Positions 47,052-56,656 of a stretch of 64,000 nucleotides of DNA are shown here, one piece after another. Position 1 is the first letter of the stretch; each line of letters opens with the position of its first letter. The DNA comes from Capsulimonadaceae bacterium (GTDB taxonomy: Bacteria > Armatimonadota > Armatimonadia > Armatimonadales > Capsulimonadaceae). A program made the translations under genes and the position numbers. The notes under the pieces were generated by a model that saw only the letters and a list, made by a program, of their open reading frames with translations, made no database searches and was not told the origin of the DNA. The DNA is taken from assembly GCA_965215505.1 (NCBI GenBank), contig OZ244065.1:640001-704000 (forward strand), in the 5' to 3' direction.

Positions 47052-48385
47052 TAGGGGTCCCTCCGGAGGAGCGCGCGCACTTCGTCGGCGCTGCGCTTGA
47101 GGCGGGCGCGGATGAACGGCTCGAAGCCGTCCTCCCCGTGCGCGTCGTAATACTGGATGCACGAAACCATCGCCTCGCTGAACTTGCCTTTGGCGGTCAC
47201 GATGGCCGGGCTGCTGTACTGGTACGGGACCTGCGGGGCCAGCGCGATGTAGCGCGCGCCGGTCCTCTGGCCGCTCCAATAGGGGTGCGGCTCGTTGAAG
47301 ACGGGCTGGCCCCAGGCGCCTTTGAACGGGGCGATGATCTCGAGTTCGCGGAATCGGTCGGCGAGCTGGGTGGGGTCGGTGTAGAAATACCGGGCCAGGT
47401 CCCAGGCGAGTTCTTGATTTTTGCAGTGCTTGGTGATGCCGACCATCGTCCCGCCCCAGGTGCTGGTCTGGCTGCCGCCGGGGGCGACGGCGGGCAGGTC
47501 CATCAGCGCCATCTTGCCCGAAAGACGCGGCATGTCGTTCTCGATGCCCTTCATGCGCCAATCCGGGCAGATCAGGCAGAGCAGATAGCCGTTCTCCACC
47601 GCCTGGGTCAAGAACTGGCCGGAGACGCCGCCGATGTCCTTGCCGATGGGGTGCGGCCCGGCGACGAGGGGGACGTACCAGTGCATCGCCTGCACGGCGG
47701 TTTCATTGTCCAGGATGCAGTTCCCGGCGGGGTCGAAGTAGCCGCCGCCGCGCTGGAACAGGCCGATCTCCAGGCCAAGCCCGGCGTCGGCGTCGGAGAA
47801 CTGGACCATGTACCTCTGGCCGGGGATGGTGACGCGGCGGCCCGCGGCGATGAAGTCGTCCCAGGTCCTCAGCTTGGAGGCGTCAATGCCCAGCTTTTCG
47901 AATAGATCCCGCCGGTAGGCGATCTGGACGGGGTGGACGTCGTGCGGCAGGCCGTAGATGCGCCCCCGGCTGGTGTAGGGCGAGAACCGCGCCTGCACCA
48001 TCTGGTCGTACAGGCCAGTCTGGTGCAGCCGGTCGGTCAGGTCTGAGAAGCCGATGTCCTTCTGCGGGCCACGGAACAGGCTGCCGGCCTGGCTGATCTC
48101 GACTTCGCACAGGTCCGGTACGTCCAGGTTCGCCAGCAGGGCAGCCTGGAGTCGGGACGCGAGGGCCGCGTTGGAGACCAATTCCAGGTCCACGGTGACA
48201 CCGGGGTGGGCCGCCTCGAAGGCGGGCAGCGCCTTCTTATAGGCGTCGTAGTGCGGCTTGGCGAAGGTCCAGTAGACCAGCGTAGCCGTCTGGTGTGGCG
48301 CGGGGTGCGCGGCCAGCCACAGGCCGGACAGGAGGGTCAGCAGCAGGATGCTCAGGGCGGCTTTGCCGAAGGGAAAAAGGTTCAT
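47048..48385 (-). CDS. Sugar ABC transporter substrate-binding protein
   Basis: SBP family 1 features (IYGLP, YRRDLF, TWDDF, WGG) and N-terminal hydrophobic anchor. Confidence 0.9.
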   Translation of the reverse strand: MNLFPFGKAALSILLLTLLSGLWLAAHPAPHQTATLVYWTFAKPHYDAYKKALPAFEAAHPGVTVDLELVSNAALASRLQAALLANLDVPDLCEVEISQAGSLFRGPQKDIGFSDLTDRLHQTGLYDQMVQARFSPYTSRGRIYGLPHDVHPVQIAYRRDLFEKLGIDASKLRTWDDFIAAGRRVTIPGQRYMVQFSDADAGLGLEIGLFQRGGGYFDPAGNCILDNETAVQAMHWYVPLVAGPHPIGKDIGGVSGQFLTQAVENGYLLCLICPDWRMKGIENDMPRLSGKMALMDLPAVAPGGSQTSTWGGTMVGITKHCKNQELAWDLARYFYTDPTQLADRFRELEIIAPFKGAWGQPVFNEPHPYWSGQRTGARYIALAPQVPYQYSSPAIVTAKGKFSEAMVSCIQYYDAHGEDGFEPFIRARLKRSADEVRALLRRDPY

Positions 48386-48398
48386 GCGTATTCCAATG

Positions 48399-49484
48399 CT
48401 ACTGCTTCCGGGGCGCGGAGGCGAGGGCCTTCTGGACGAACGCGCCCCAGTACGGGGTCGGCGCGTAGTCCCAGCCGGAGATCACGGACGGACCGGCGGA
48501 CGGGTGGAAGCTCCAGGCCGTCCAGCTAAATTGGTGCTTGTTGATGTAAGCCAGCGCCTGGGGTGCCCATGTGTAGGGGTCGGACTTCTGCCAGGCCGGG
48601 GAGTTGGGCCGGTCGGGTTCACAGCCGACCTCGCCGACGAAGACCGCGTACTTCTCGGCGGCGGGCGTGACGTGCGTGTCCCAATCTTTTTTCCACGGGT
48701 AGATGTGCGTCGCATACAGGATGCCGTGCCCACTCCCGTCGGACAGCGCGTGGCCGTTGACGATGCCGGACAGGTCATACGCCCAGTCCAGGCCGCCGAC
48801 CACGACGACGTTCTTCGCGCCCGTCGCACGGACGGTGTCTAGGATACCCTGCATCCCCGGCGAGTGGTAGGACAAAGACGCGCCGCGCCGGGCGTCCTGA
48901 TTGTGTTCGCTCACGTCGCCGCCGTGCTGCCAGACGTCCCAGGTCACGTCGCGCGGCTCATTGTACAGGTCGAACAGCACGGCAGGGTTGTTGGCATAGC
49001 GGGCGGCGACGTCTTTCCAGAATTGGGCGCTGTTGTCGTCCGGCAGACTGTGCTGGCCGATGTGCTGACCCCATTGGCCCCCGTCCGACCAGTGCAGGTC
49101 CAGGAGGACGTACTTGTTCCGGCCCGAGAGCGACTCGACGACCGCATCCACGAGGGCGCGGTACTGCGCGCCGCCGTCCGTCTGCGTCCCGCCCCGTCCG
49201 AACCAGCGGTCCTGACTGAGCGGCAGGCGGATCAGGGAGGCGTGCCAGGTGTCAGCGGCGGCGCGGACCGACTTCAGCACGTTGTCGCCCGCATCCATCC
49301 ATTCGAGGCTGGGCAGGTTGACGCCTTGCAGGCGCACCATCCGGCCCCGGTCGTCCTCCAAATGGGTGCCGGCGACGTGCAAGGCGGGCGGCGCGGCCAG
49401 GGCGCTCTTGGTGCCCTGGGCAAGACAAGCGAGGAGCAGACAGCAGAGAATGGGAGACAGAGTTTTCCGAGACAGGGCTTTCAT
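48399..49484 (-). CDS. Secreted GH5 family glycoside hydrolase
   Basis: IRLP, LDLH, YNEP, HIY, VGEVG and WTAW. Signal peptide. Confidence 0.92.
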   Translation of the reverse strand: MKALSRKTLSPILCCLLLACLAQGTKSALAAPPALHVAGTHLEDDRGRMVRLQGVNLPSLEWMDAGDNVLKSVRAAADTWHASLIRLPLSQDRWFGRGGTQTDGGAQYRALVDAVVESLSGRNKYVLLDLHWSDGGQWGQHIGQHSLPDDNSAQFWKDVAARYANNPAVLFDLYNEPRDVTWDVWQHGGDVSEHNQDARRGASLSYHSPGMQGILDTVRATGAKNVVVVGGLDWAYDLSGIVNGHALSDGSGHGILYATHIYPWKKDWDTHVTPAAEKYAVFVGEVGCEPDRPNSPAWQKSDPYTWAPQALAYINKHQFSWTAWSFHPSAGPSVISGWDYAPTPYWGAFVQKALASAPRKQ

Positions 49485-49699
49485 GGGGCATCCCTTCGTT
49501 GGGGGCTTTCGGGGGCATCCGACGTTAAGTAGTTTGCTCATCTCGTTCGCCATGACCGGCCTTGATTCCTCCTTGCAGACCTCCGCGCCGAGCAAAAACG
49601 CCCCGCCCCGGCGGCTCAGACCGGAATACGGCCCTCGCCGGGTATACTATTGACAGGTGCCGCCCACTGCCCGTCAGGGCCGCGCCTTTGGAACCATTT

Positions 49700-50233
49700 A
49701 TGAATAATCCTTCCCCTCACAAGGCGCGCGCCGCCCAGGAGCCGGGCCTCGTCAGCCTCGACTCGCTGCTGCCCGCACTCGCCGCCCGCTGGACCATCGG
49801 CGCCCTGGGGCGGCAGCGGCTCTACATCCTCTCCGGCCGCTTCGGGGCGGAGCGGCGCTTTTGCAGCCGCTATGTGGTCTTCCCCGAGACGATCATCGAG
49901 TCCCCCCTCCGCCGCCCCGATCAGACACCGCCCCCGCCGCGCCCCGGCGGGGCGCGGGGCGACCGCTGGCTGGTCCACGTCCTGAGCGGCGAGCAGGACT
50001 ACACCAAGGGCCGCCTGGACCTCCTGCAAGACGTACTCAACGAGTCCCCCGACGCGGATGACCGACTGGAGCACAGCCTACGGCTGGGGATGGCGGACGA
50101 CGCCCAGCAAGCGCAGCAGGAGTGCGTGGAACACGCCGTCCTGTCGGGCCACGGCAAGCCCCCGGCGGAGTCCAGCCACGCAGACCTTGAGGGGGTCGCG
50201 GGGGAAGCCCGTGAGGAAGTCCCGGTCGGCTAG
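49700..50233 (+). CDS. Hypothetical protein
   Basis: 177-aa ORF with plausible codon usage. No recognised motif. Confidence 0.5.
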   Translation: MNNPSPHKARAAQEPGLVSLDSLLPALAARWTIGALGRQRLYILSGRFGAERRFCSRYVVFPETIIESPLRRPDQTPPPPRPGGARGDRWLVHVLSGEQDYTKGRLDLLQDVLNESPDADDRLEHSLRLGMADDAQQAQQECVEHAVLSGHGKPPAESSHADLEGVAGEAREEVPVG

Positions 50234-50307
50234 AATGCACCCGCTGGAATGCCCTTGGTAGGACGCGCGCCATGCCACCCAGGATAATCATGCCACCCAG
50301 GATAATC

Positions 50308-50481
50308 ATGAAGGCGGCCGCACGCGCGCTCGGAATCGGCCTCCTCTTCGTCGCCTCCTACCGCGTGACGGGCCGCATGCCGGGCGTCGCCACCTGGGTC
50401 TTCCTCGGTGTCGTCGTGACCGCCTTCTGCGCCTATAACGCCTGGCGGGAGGCTGGCGGGAACAGGCCCCGCCGGCCTTAA
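50308..50481 (+). CDS. Small membrane protein
   Basis: MKAAARALGIGLLFV... with two hydrophobic stretches, preceded by an 18-bp tandem duplication. Confidence 0.45.
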   Translation: MKAAARALGIGLLFVASYRVTGRMPGVATWVFLGVVVTAFCAYNAWREAGGNRPRRP

Positions 50482-51041
50482 CCGGTGGGGCGCTTTCCTT
50501 CCCCCTCCGCGCGTAGCGCCTCGATCCGCCGCCCGACTGTCTTGTACTCCCCGCTGCCCTGCCAGTTCAGCTCCCCGGCGAACTCGGCGCGAATCCACCC
50601 CTGCCGGTCGATCAGGACCTCCGTCGGCCAAGACTGGACCCCGTAGGCGTTCCAGACGCGGGCGTCGTTATCCACGAGAATCGGGAAGCGCAGGCCGTGT
50701 TCTCGGGCGAAGCGCGACGTGGCCGCCGGGACGCGCTCGAAGCGCGTCTCGGGCGTATGCACCGACAGCACGGCGACATCCGTGCCGCTATACTTCTTCG
50801 CCCAGTCGTTCCAGTATTCCAGGTTGTGTTTGCAGTTGATGCAGTCGCGCGTCCAGAACAGCAGCACGACCACCTTCCCCTTCTGAGCGGCCAGCGTCGT
50901 CGCCGGGCCGTTGAGCCAGGGGCCGGACGCGAGCGTTGGTGCGGGCCGGGTCGGCACCGGTACGGCGTCAGCATTAGCATTTAACGGGGTGAGTGCAGCG
51001 GCGGCGATCAGCGCGCCGGCGAGAGTCCTAGCAATCTTCAT
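50478..51041 (-). CDS. Exported thioredoxin-fold redoxin (TlpA/DipZ-like)
   Basis: Signal peptide, FWTRDCINC, VHTPE and WPT. Confidence 0.9.
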   Translation of the reverse strand: MKIARTLAGALIAAAALTPLNANADAVPVPTRPAPTLASGPWLNGPATTLAAQKGKVVVLLFWTRDCINCKHNLEYWNDWAKKYSGTDVAVLSVHTPETRFERVPAATSRFAREHGLRFPILVDNDARVWNAYGVQSWPTEVLIDRQGWIRAEFAGELNWQGSGEYKTVGRRIEALRAEGEGKRPTG

Positions 51042-51102
51042 GGGCTTCTCCTCTTCGTCTCACCCCGCAACACAAGCGCCGACGGGCAAAAGTTCCACCG
51101 GC

Positions 51103-52038
51103 TCAGGCGTAGTAGCTGACCAGGATGAGGCAAACGCAGAGGCCGACGCTCAGAATGGCCGCGATGCCGAGGGCCGTCTTCAGTTGGTGCAGGGCCACGC
51201 CGGTCATCAGCCGGAAGTGTTCGGCGGCCTTGGCCAGAACCTCCTCAAAGTTGCCCGTCTTTTCTCCCGTCTTCAGCATGGTCACGAGGATCGGGTCCAG
51301 CAGGCCGACGCCCTCTAGAGCGTTCGCCAGCCCTTCCCCTCGGTCCAGACGCAGCGCGCACGGGCGGACGCGCCCGGCGAGGTAGGCGTTGCCGGAAGCG
51401 TCACACGACCAGCGCACCGCCTCGGGCAGCGAGATCCCGGCGTGATAAAGGAAAGCCAGATTGCGGGCGAAGTGCGTCTGCCAGATCAGGCTCGCCGTCC
51501 GACCCAGGACCGGAAGGTGGCAGATCAGGCGGTCTCCCCAGGATTGGGACCTGCCGGAGAGGCGCGGCAGGACGGACCCGATGAGCAGCAGCAGGCCGAA
51601 CAGCAGGAGCGGCAGGAGGCCGACGAGAACCATCAGGAGGGGGCTGCCCTGGAAGTGGGCCAGGACGATAGGCCAGAAGAGGAGGGCGAACGCCATGGTC
51701 AGTTTGGGCGAGAACAGGTCCCGCCGGATCTCCCGCCGGAAATCCTCTTCTTCCTCCTGATGCTCCGCAAGCCTTTGCAGCGCCAGCACGAGGTCGCCCG
51801 ACCGCTCCCCCGCCGCGACCATCGCCACGGCGAAGCCATTGAAGTGGCGCGGGCAGGCGGCCATCGCGCGGCCCAGTGATGCCCCATGCAGAACGGAGGC
51901 GCGAATCGCCGTGAGGCTCTCGCAAAGGGCGCGCGGCTGGGGCTGTCTGAGCAGGGCCGCCAGTGCCTCGCCGACCGGCACACCTGCCCCGAGCAGCGTC
52001 GCCAGTTGGCGGTAGAAAAGGGTCAACGCCCCGGTCAT
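51103..52038 (-). CDS. Type II secretion system F / PilC family protein
   Basis: RQLATLLGAGVP, AGERSG and TGEKTG duplicated domains. Confidence 0.88.
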   Translation of the reverse strand: MTGALTLFYRQLATLLGAGVPVGEALAALLRQPQPRALCESLTAIRASVLHGASLGRAMAACPRHFNGFAVAMVAAGERSGDLVLALQRLAEHQEEEEDFRREIRRDLFSPKLTMAFALLFWPIVLAHFQGSPLLMVLVGLLPLLLFGLLLLIGSVLPRLSGRSQSWGDRLICHLPVLGRTASLIWQTHFARNLAFLYHAGISLPEAVRWSCDASGNAYLAGRVRPCALRLDRGEGLANALEGVGLLDPILVTMLKTGEKTGNFEEVLAKAAEHFRLMTGVALHQLKTALGIAAILSVGLCVCLILVSYYA

Positions 52039-52586
52039 CCTACCCCCATGCCTGTACCGGGCGGGCCGCCGGAGGCCTCCTGCGAGTCCAGGCGGGCCAG
52101 GACGGCTTGCAGAGTGGTTTCCAGTTCGGCGATCTTGCGAAAGGTCCGCACGTTCACCTCATAATCCAGCTCCGCCCGCTTGGCGTCATACTTCGCCTGC
52201 CGGTTCTGGCTGATGAGGACGAAGCCGGTGATGAAGATCGTCTCCATCGCGAGGATGATTCCGAGCAGGGCGAACGGCGGGGCGTCGAAGCGCGGAGCCA
52301 TCACCAAAACGCCAGTGTTGATCGCCGTCCAGCCCAGGAACCAGAGCAGGTGGACGCCCAAAAACTGCGGCTTCCCGATCCCCGCGACTACGCGGTCCGC
52401 CAGCGCCTCGTGCCAGCGGGCGTCCTTCTTTAGTTCCTCCCGCACATAGGCGAAGCCGCCCAGCGCCTTGTGGCAGGCCGGAACGGCACAGAAGACGGCG
52501 TCCGGCGCGTTCGCGCCGCCGCAAGCGGGGCAGACGAGGGGTGACGCCCCGTGTACGGCCGAATGTATACTCTCCACGGACGCCAT
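52035..52586 (-). CDS. DUF1003 membrane protein with N-terminal zinc ribbon
   Basis: CPACG...FC..C, FD..PF.LL and LISQNRQ. Confidence 0.85.
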   Translation of the reverse strand: MASVESIHSAVHGASPLVCPACGGANAPDAVFCAVPACHKALGGFAYVREELKKDARWHEALADRVVAGIGKPQFLGVHLLWFLGWTAINTGVLVMAPRFDAPPFALLGIILAMETIFITGFVLISQNRQAKYDAKRAELDYEVNVRTFRKIAELETTLQAVLARLDSQEASGGPPGTGMGVG

Positions 52587-52625
52587 TCTCTGCCTCCCAG
52601 TCGCTGACACGAAGCGGGGCCTTGC

Positions 52626-53504
52626 TCAATGCAGGGCCGACGCTTCCGCCAGGTCCGCGAACAGCGTGGGGGCCGTCGGCTCCCAGCCCAACGTCTGCCG
52701 CGCCTTGCGGCTCGTCGCCTTCTGGTCCAGCGCGAGCGCATCGGCGAACGGCCCCAAATCCTGCCGGGCGTCTTCCAGCGGCCAGGGCTGAGTCTTGCCG
52801 GGGACGCCCGCCGCCTCGCTGACCGCCTGGGCGATCTCCCGGACCGTCGGCGTTTCGTCGCCGGCGGCGAGGAACAGGGACCCAGGCGGGGCCGTCTCCA
52901 GGGCGAGGACGTACATTGCGGCCAGGTCCTCGACGTGGATCACCGACCAGTGCTGCTCGCCCGTGCCGACATAACGCACCGATCCGGCGGCCTGCGCCTG
53001 CTTCACCATCCATGCCAACATGCCGCCGCCCGACCCGTAAACGACGCCGGGGCGGATGACGATGCCATGTCCGGCCTCGGAGAGAACGCGCCGTTCGTGC
53101 GCGGGCCGCCAGGCGACCAGAGGCGTCGGGTCGAGGGGCGTGTCCTCATCGGCGACGGCCCCATGCGTGTCGCCGATGACCCAGAGGCCGCTGGTATAGA
53201 GGAACGGCTTGTTGGTGCCGTTCAGCCCGTCCAGGATGGCGTCCAGCGCGAATCCATCCTTTTGAGCAGCTCCGGCATCGCCGGTGGAGGCCGTGTGGAT
53301 GACCGCGCCCGCCGCCCGTGCCGCCCCGATGATGGCGCTAGCATTCGAGAGGCTGCCGCGCACCGCCTCGACGCCCGCCTCTTCCAGTTTCTGCACGGCC
53401 TCTTCCGAGCGGGCCAGCCCCGAGACGCGGTTGCCGACGGCCAGAAGCGCCTGGGCCACGGCGAAGCCGATGTAGCCGGTCGCGCCGGTCACAAATACTT
53501 TCAT
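52626..53504 (-). CDS. NAD-dependent epimerase/dehydratase (extended SDR)
   Basis: VTGATGYIG and IHVEDLA. Confidence 0.92.
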   Translation of the reverse strand: MKVFVTGATGYIGFAVAQALLAVGNRVSGLARSEEAVQKLEEAGVEAVRGSLSNASAIIGAARAAGAVIHTASTGDAGAAQKDGFALDAILDGLNGTNKPFLYTSGLWVIGDTHGAVADEDTPLDPTPLVAWRPAHERRVLSEAGHGIVIRPGVVYGSGGGMLAWMVKQAQAAGSVRYVGTGEQHWSVIHVEDLAAMYVLALETAPPGSLFLAAGDETPTVREIAQAVSEAAGVPGKTQPWPLEDARQDLGPFADALALDQKATSRKARQTLGWEPTAPTLFADLAEASALH

Positions 53505-53572
53505 GGTGTTTTCTCCTGCCAGCCCGAACAGGGGGGATAAAAAAGGAGTTCCCGCGTCCCAGGGCTAAAGGG

Positions 53573-54280
53573 ATGACCATGGGGGAGACTTACGACATCA
53601 TCGGCGACGTTCACGGCTGCTCGGACGCCCTCCGCCGCCTGTGCGACGTGCTGGGCTATGACGGGGCCTTCCACCACCCCGAAGATCGGCGGCTGGTCTT
53701 CCTGGGCGATCTTGCCGACCGTGGCCCGGACAGCCTGGGCGTTTTAACACTGGTCGCCCGCCTGGTCAGCCGGGGCCGCGCCCTGCTGACGCTTGGCAAC
53801 CACGACGATGCCCTGCTGCGCTGGCTCTGCGGGGAGCCGATAGACATCCACCGGGGCGGACTAGCGGAAACCATCGTCCAGATCGAGGCACGGCCTGACC
53901 GAAAGAAGTTCAAGAAAGCGCTGGCTACGCTTTATCTTCGCGCCCCCATCTACCTGCTCCTTGACGGCGGCGCACTCATCGTCGCTCACGCGGGGATCGA
54001 GGAGGGGATGATCGGGAAGGCAGACCCCGAGACGCGCCGGTTCGTCCTGAACGGGGACGCCATCGGCAAGTCCCCCGAAGGCAAGACGCTGCGGCGAGAC
54101 TGGGCGGCGGACTATCACGGGGTGGCCTTTATCGTCTATGGCCACACGCCGCAGGAGCGAGCGGAGATCCGGGGGAACACGGTCAACATCGACACGGGTG
54201 CCTACCGGGAAGGGCTGCTGACCGCCCTCCGCTGGCCGGAGCGGGCCTTGGTTTCCGTTCCGGCGCGTCTCTTGGGGTAG
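53573..54280 (+). CDS. Calcineurin-like metallophosphoesterase (PrpE/ApaH-like)
   Basis: GDVHG, GDLADRG, GNHD, HAG, GHT and IDTG. Confidence 0.92.
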   Translation: MTMGETYDIIGDVHGCSDALRRLCDVLGYDGAFHHPEDRRLVFLGDLADRGPDSLGVLTLVARLVSRGRALLTLGNHDDALLRWLCGEPIDIHRGGLAETIVQIEARPDRKKFKKALATLYLRAPIYLLLDGGALIVAHAGIEEGMIGKADPETRRFVLNGDAIGKSPEGKTLRRDWAADYHGVAFIVYGHTPQERAEIRGNTVNIDTGAYREGLLTALRWPERALVSVPARLLG

Positions 54281-55515
54281 GAATAGCGGCCACGTCCTAT
54301 GGTGGGCAGGGCGGGCGGGCCACAGGCCATTAACAGGCCATAGGCCGCAAGAGGGTTGGGGAACCCAACCCCTACGCGGCGGCGTGTAGGGGCGGGATTC
54401 CCCCGCCCCCTTTCCGATCCTCGCCCTTTCTGTCCTCGCCTCCTGCGACACCGGACTGCACCCGCAGGATTGCACTTCTGCGCTGCCCCCCACAATGCCA
54501 CCGCATAAGCCCCAATCGCCCACAGCCAGACGAAAGAACGCCCCCTCCCCTGTGGAAGGAAGGGCCGCGCCGCCGCTTCCACAGCAGGCCGGAACAATGC
54601 GGCCTCATGGACATCGCCCGGCGCGCTGCCTTCCAGGGCATCCAGACGCGGCTTTTCGGCGGCGTAGGTGGCCGCATAACGGCGAACGACGCTATGGATC
54701 AGGGCGGCGTACATGCCCTGGCGGCTTTGGAAATCGGTCACGTCGGCGGGGCTGCCGGATTGCGTCTCGACCAGCGCGCTCAGGACATGTTGGCGGGCGA
54801 ACCAGCGGTGCGCCAGGCGCGGGTCCGAGTCCGCGCCCCAGGCCGTCGGGTGGACCGCGTAGCCGCAGGCGGCCAGATCCCGCACGGCCCGGCTCTGCAA
54901 GGCGTGGGAGGCTTTCCCCAGCCCCGTCGCCGCCTCGCGCGGGACCTCGACGCAGTCGGCGTTGTACTCGTCGTCGCCGTCCCAGTTGTGGGCGTCAATG
55001 ACCAGGCCGGGCCGCAGCAGGCGGGCGGCGTCGGCGACGGCGCGCGTCTCGGGCTGGTGGAAAACGCCCCAGTCACGGTTCAGGTCGGCCCCGACGCCAT
55101 TGCCGCGCGTGTCAGCCTCGGACCCGTCCGGATTGACCATCGGGACGAGGTACAGGGTGACATGGGCCAGGGCGGCGCGCAGGACCGGGTCACCGCCCCC
55201 GGCAACGCGGTGAATGAGACCCAGGACCGCCTCGGTGGAGGCAGGCTCATCGCCGTGCTGACGACACAGGACCAGCACGCGGATCGTCCGGACGGGGTCG
55301 ACGCCTGGGGGGGCGAGGCGGACTAGCCACAGGTCGCGCCCGCCTTTGGCGGACTTGCCGAGGGAGGTGACGCGCACCAGGGGGGAGCGGGCGGCATCGG
55401 CCTTGAGCTGGGTCGTCATGCGCCCGTAGGGGGTGACATTCGGCTGGGCGGCGACTCTCAGGCCAAGCCACAGCCCGAGGAAGAGCAGCGCGCAGGTTGT
55501 CACGGGGAGTCGCAT
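54202..55515 (-). CDS. Exported M14 zinc carboxypeptidase-like protein (3' end uncertain)
   Basis: QHGDE, NPDG, DLNRDW and DAH. A TM helix is followed by a repeat-derived tail overlapping the convergent gene. Confidence 0.85.
   Translation of the reverse strand: MRLPVTTCALLFLGLWLGLRVAAQPNVTPYGRMTTQLKADAARSPLVRVTSLGKSAKGGRDLWLVRLAPPGVDPVRTIRVLVLCRQHGDEPASTEAVLGLIHRVAGGGDPVLRAALAHVTLYLVPMVNPDGSEADTRGNGVGADLNRDWGVFHQPETRAVADAARLLRPGLVIDAHNWDGDDEYNADCVEVPREAATGLGKASHALQSRAVRDLAACGYAVHPTAWGADSDPRLAHRWFARQHVLSALVETQSGSPADVTDFQSRQGMYAALIHSVVRRYAATYAAEKPRLDALEGSAPGDVHEAALFRPAVEAAARPFLPQGRGRSFVWLWAIGAYAVALWGAAQKCNPAGAVRCRRRRGQKGRGSERGRGNPAPTRRRVGVGFPNPLAAYGLLMACGPPALPTIGRGRYSYPKRRAGTETKARSGQRRAVSSPSR
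54352..54408. repeat. REPIN (two inverted GTAG-type REPs)
   Basis: AGGGTTGGGGAACCCAACCCCTAC ... GTAGGGGCGGGATTCCCCCGCCC. Confidence 0.8.
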
Positions 55516-55528
55516 ACGGCAAATCGCG

Positions 55529-56656
55529 TCAGGCGAACCGGTCTTCGTAGAGGCGAGGCAGGCGCGCGCTCGCCGTGATGCGGCGGGCGGGAACCGTCAC
55601 CACGTCGCCGACCGCAGCGCCGGGAACGTCGGTCACATCCACCGTGCAGATCTGCATCGCCACGCGGCCCACGACCGGCGCGCGCTTGCCCCGGACCGTG
55701 ACCGCGACGGGGGCGGGCCGCAGCAGGTTCTTCAGCCCGCGCAGGCCTGTCCCGACGCTGGCCGGGGCGACCGTGAAGCCGTCGGCATAGCCGACCGGCA
55801 GGACGGCAAGCCTTGTCGGGCGGCGCGTGACGAACTCGCCGCCGTAGCCGATGGCGCTGCCCGCCGGGACGTCCCGGACGGCGACGACCCGCGCCAGCAT
55901 CCGCCACGTCTCGTGCAGGTCGAGACTGCGCGGCACGGCCGCTGACGGGTATTGCCCGTACAGAATCGTGCCGGGCCGGACGGCATCCAGCCGCAGATCG
56001 GGGAAGCGAACCAGGGCGGCAGAGTTGGCGCAGTGCCGCAGGCCGGGGTCAATGCCCGCGCGCTCCAGACCGCGCAGGACCCGGTCGAACTCGTCAAACT
56101 GCCGCCGCGTCGCGGTTTCATCTTTTTCCAGGGCACGGGCGAAGTGCGTGTAAAGCCCGGCGAAGATCAGGCCCGGCGTCCCGGCGATCTTCTGCGCGAG
56201 TTCCAGCGCCTCGGGCGGCAGCGCGCCGAGCCTCCCCATACCCGTATCCACTTTCAGATGCACCCGCGCAGGCTTACCTAACACGCGCGCCGCCTCCGCT
56301 GCGGCGTCCAGGTCAACCTCAGAACCGACCGTCAGGTCACAATCGGCGGCCAGCAGCGTCACGATCTGCTCCGGCAAGGCGGGCAGGAAGACGAGGATAC
56401 GGCCTACGATGCCCGCCGCGCGCAGTTCCATCGCCTCGGCGGGCGTCGTGACGGCGAAGAAGTCCGCGCCCGCGCCCTGGAAGATGCGCGCCGTCTCCCC
56501 CGCCCCATGCCCGAAGGCGTTGGACTTGACGACGGCGATGATCTGCGGCGGCTTCTCCGTCCCCTGGGCCAGCAGAGAGCGCACGGCCTGGAAATTGTGT
56601 GCCAGTGCGCCCCGGCTGACGGCGACCCAGGCATCGGGCGTGATGGTGTCGGTCAC
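55529..56656 (-). CDS. alr: Alanine racemase family protein
   Basis: AVVKSNAFGHG (PLP Lys), HLKVDTGMGRLG, THF, HCANS, RPG, IGYG and GYADG. GTG start overlaps the upstream stop. Confidence 0.9.
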   Translation of the reverse strand: MTDTITPDAWVAVSRGALAHNFQAVRSLLAQGTEKPPQIIAVVKSNAFGHGAGETARIFQGAGADFFAVTTPAEAMELRAAGIVGRILVFLPALPEQIVTLLAADCDLTVGSEVDLDAAAEAARVLGKPARVHLKVDTGMGRLGALPPEALELAQKIAGTPGLIFAGLYTHFARALEKDETATRRQFDEFDRVLRGLERAGIDPGLRHCANSAALVRFPDLRLDAVRPGTILYGQYPSAAVPRSLDLHETWRMLARVVAVRDVPAGSAIGYGGEFVTRRPTRLAVLPVGYADGFTVAPASVGTGLRGLKNLLRPAPVAVTVRGKRAPVVGRVAMQICTVDVTDVPGAAVGDVVTVPARRITASARLPRLYEDRFA

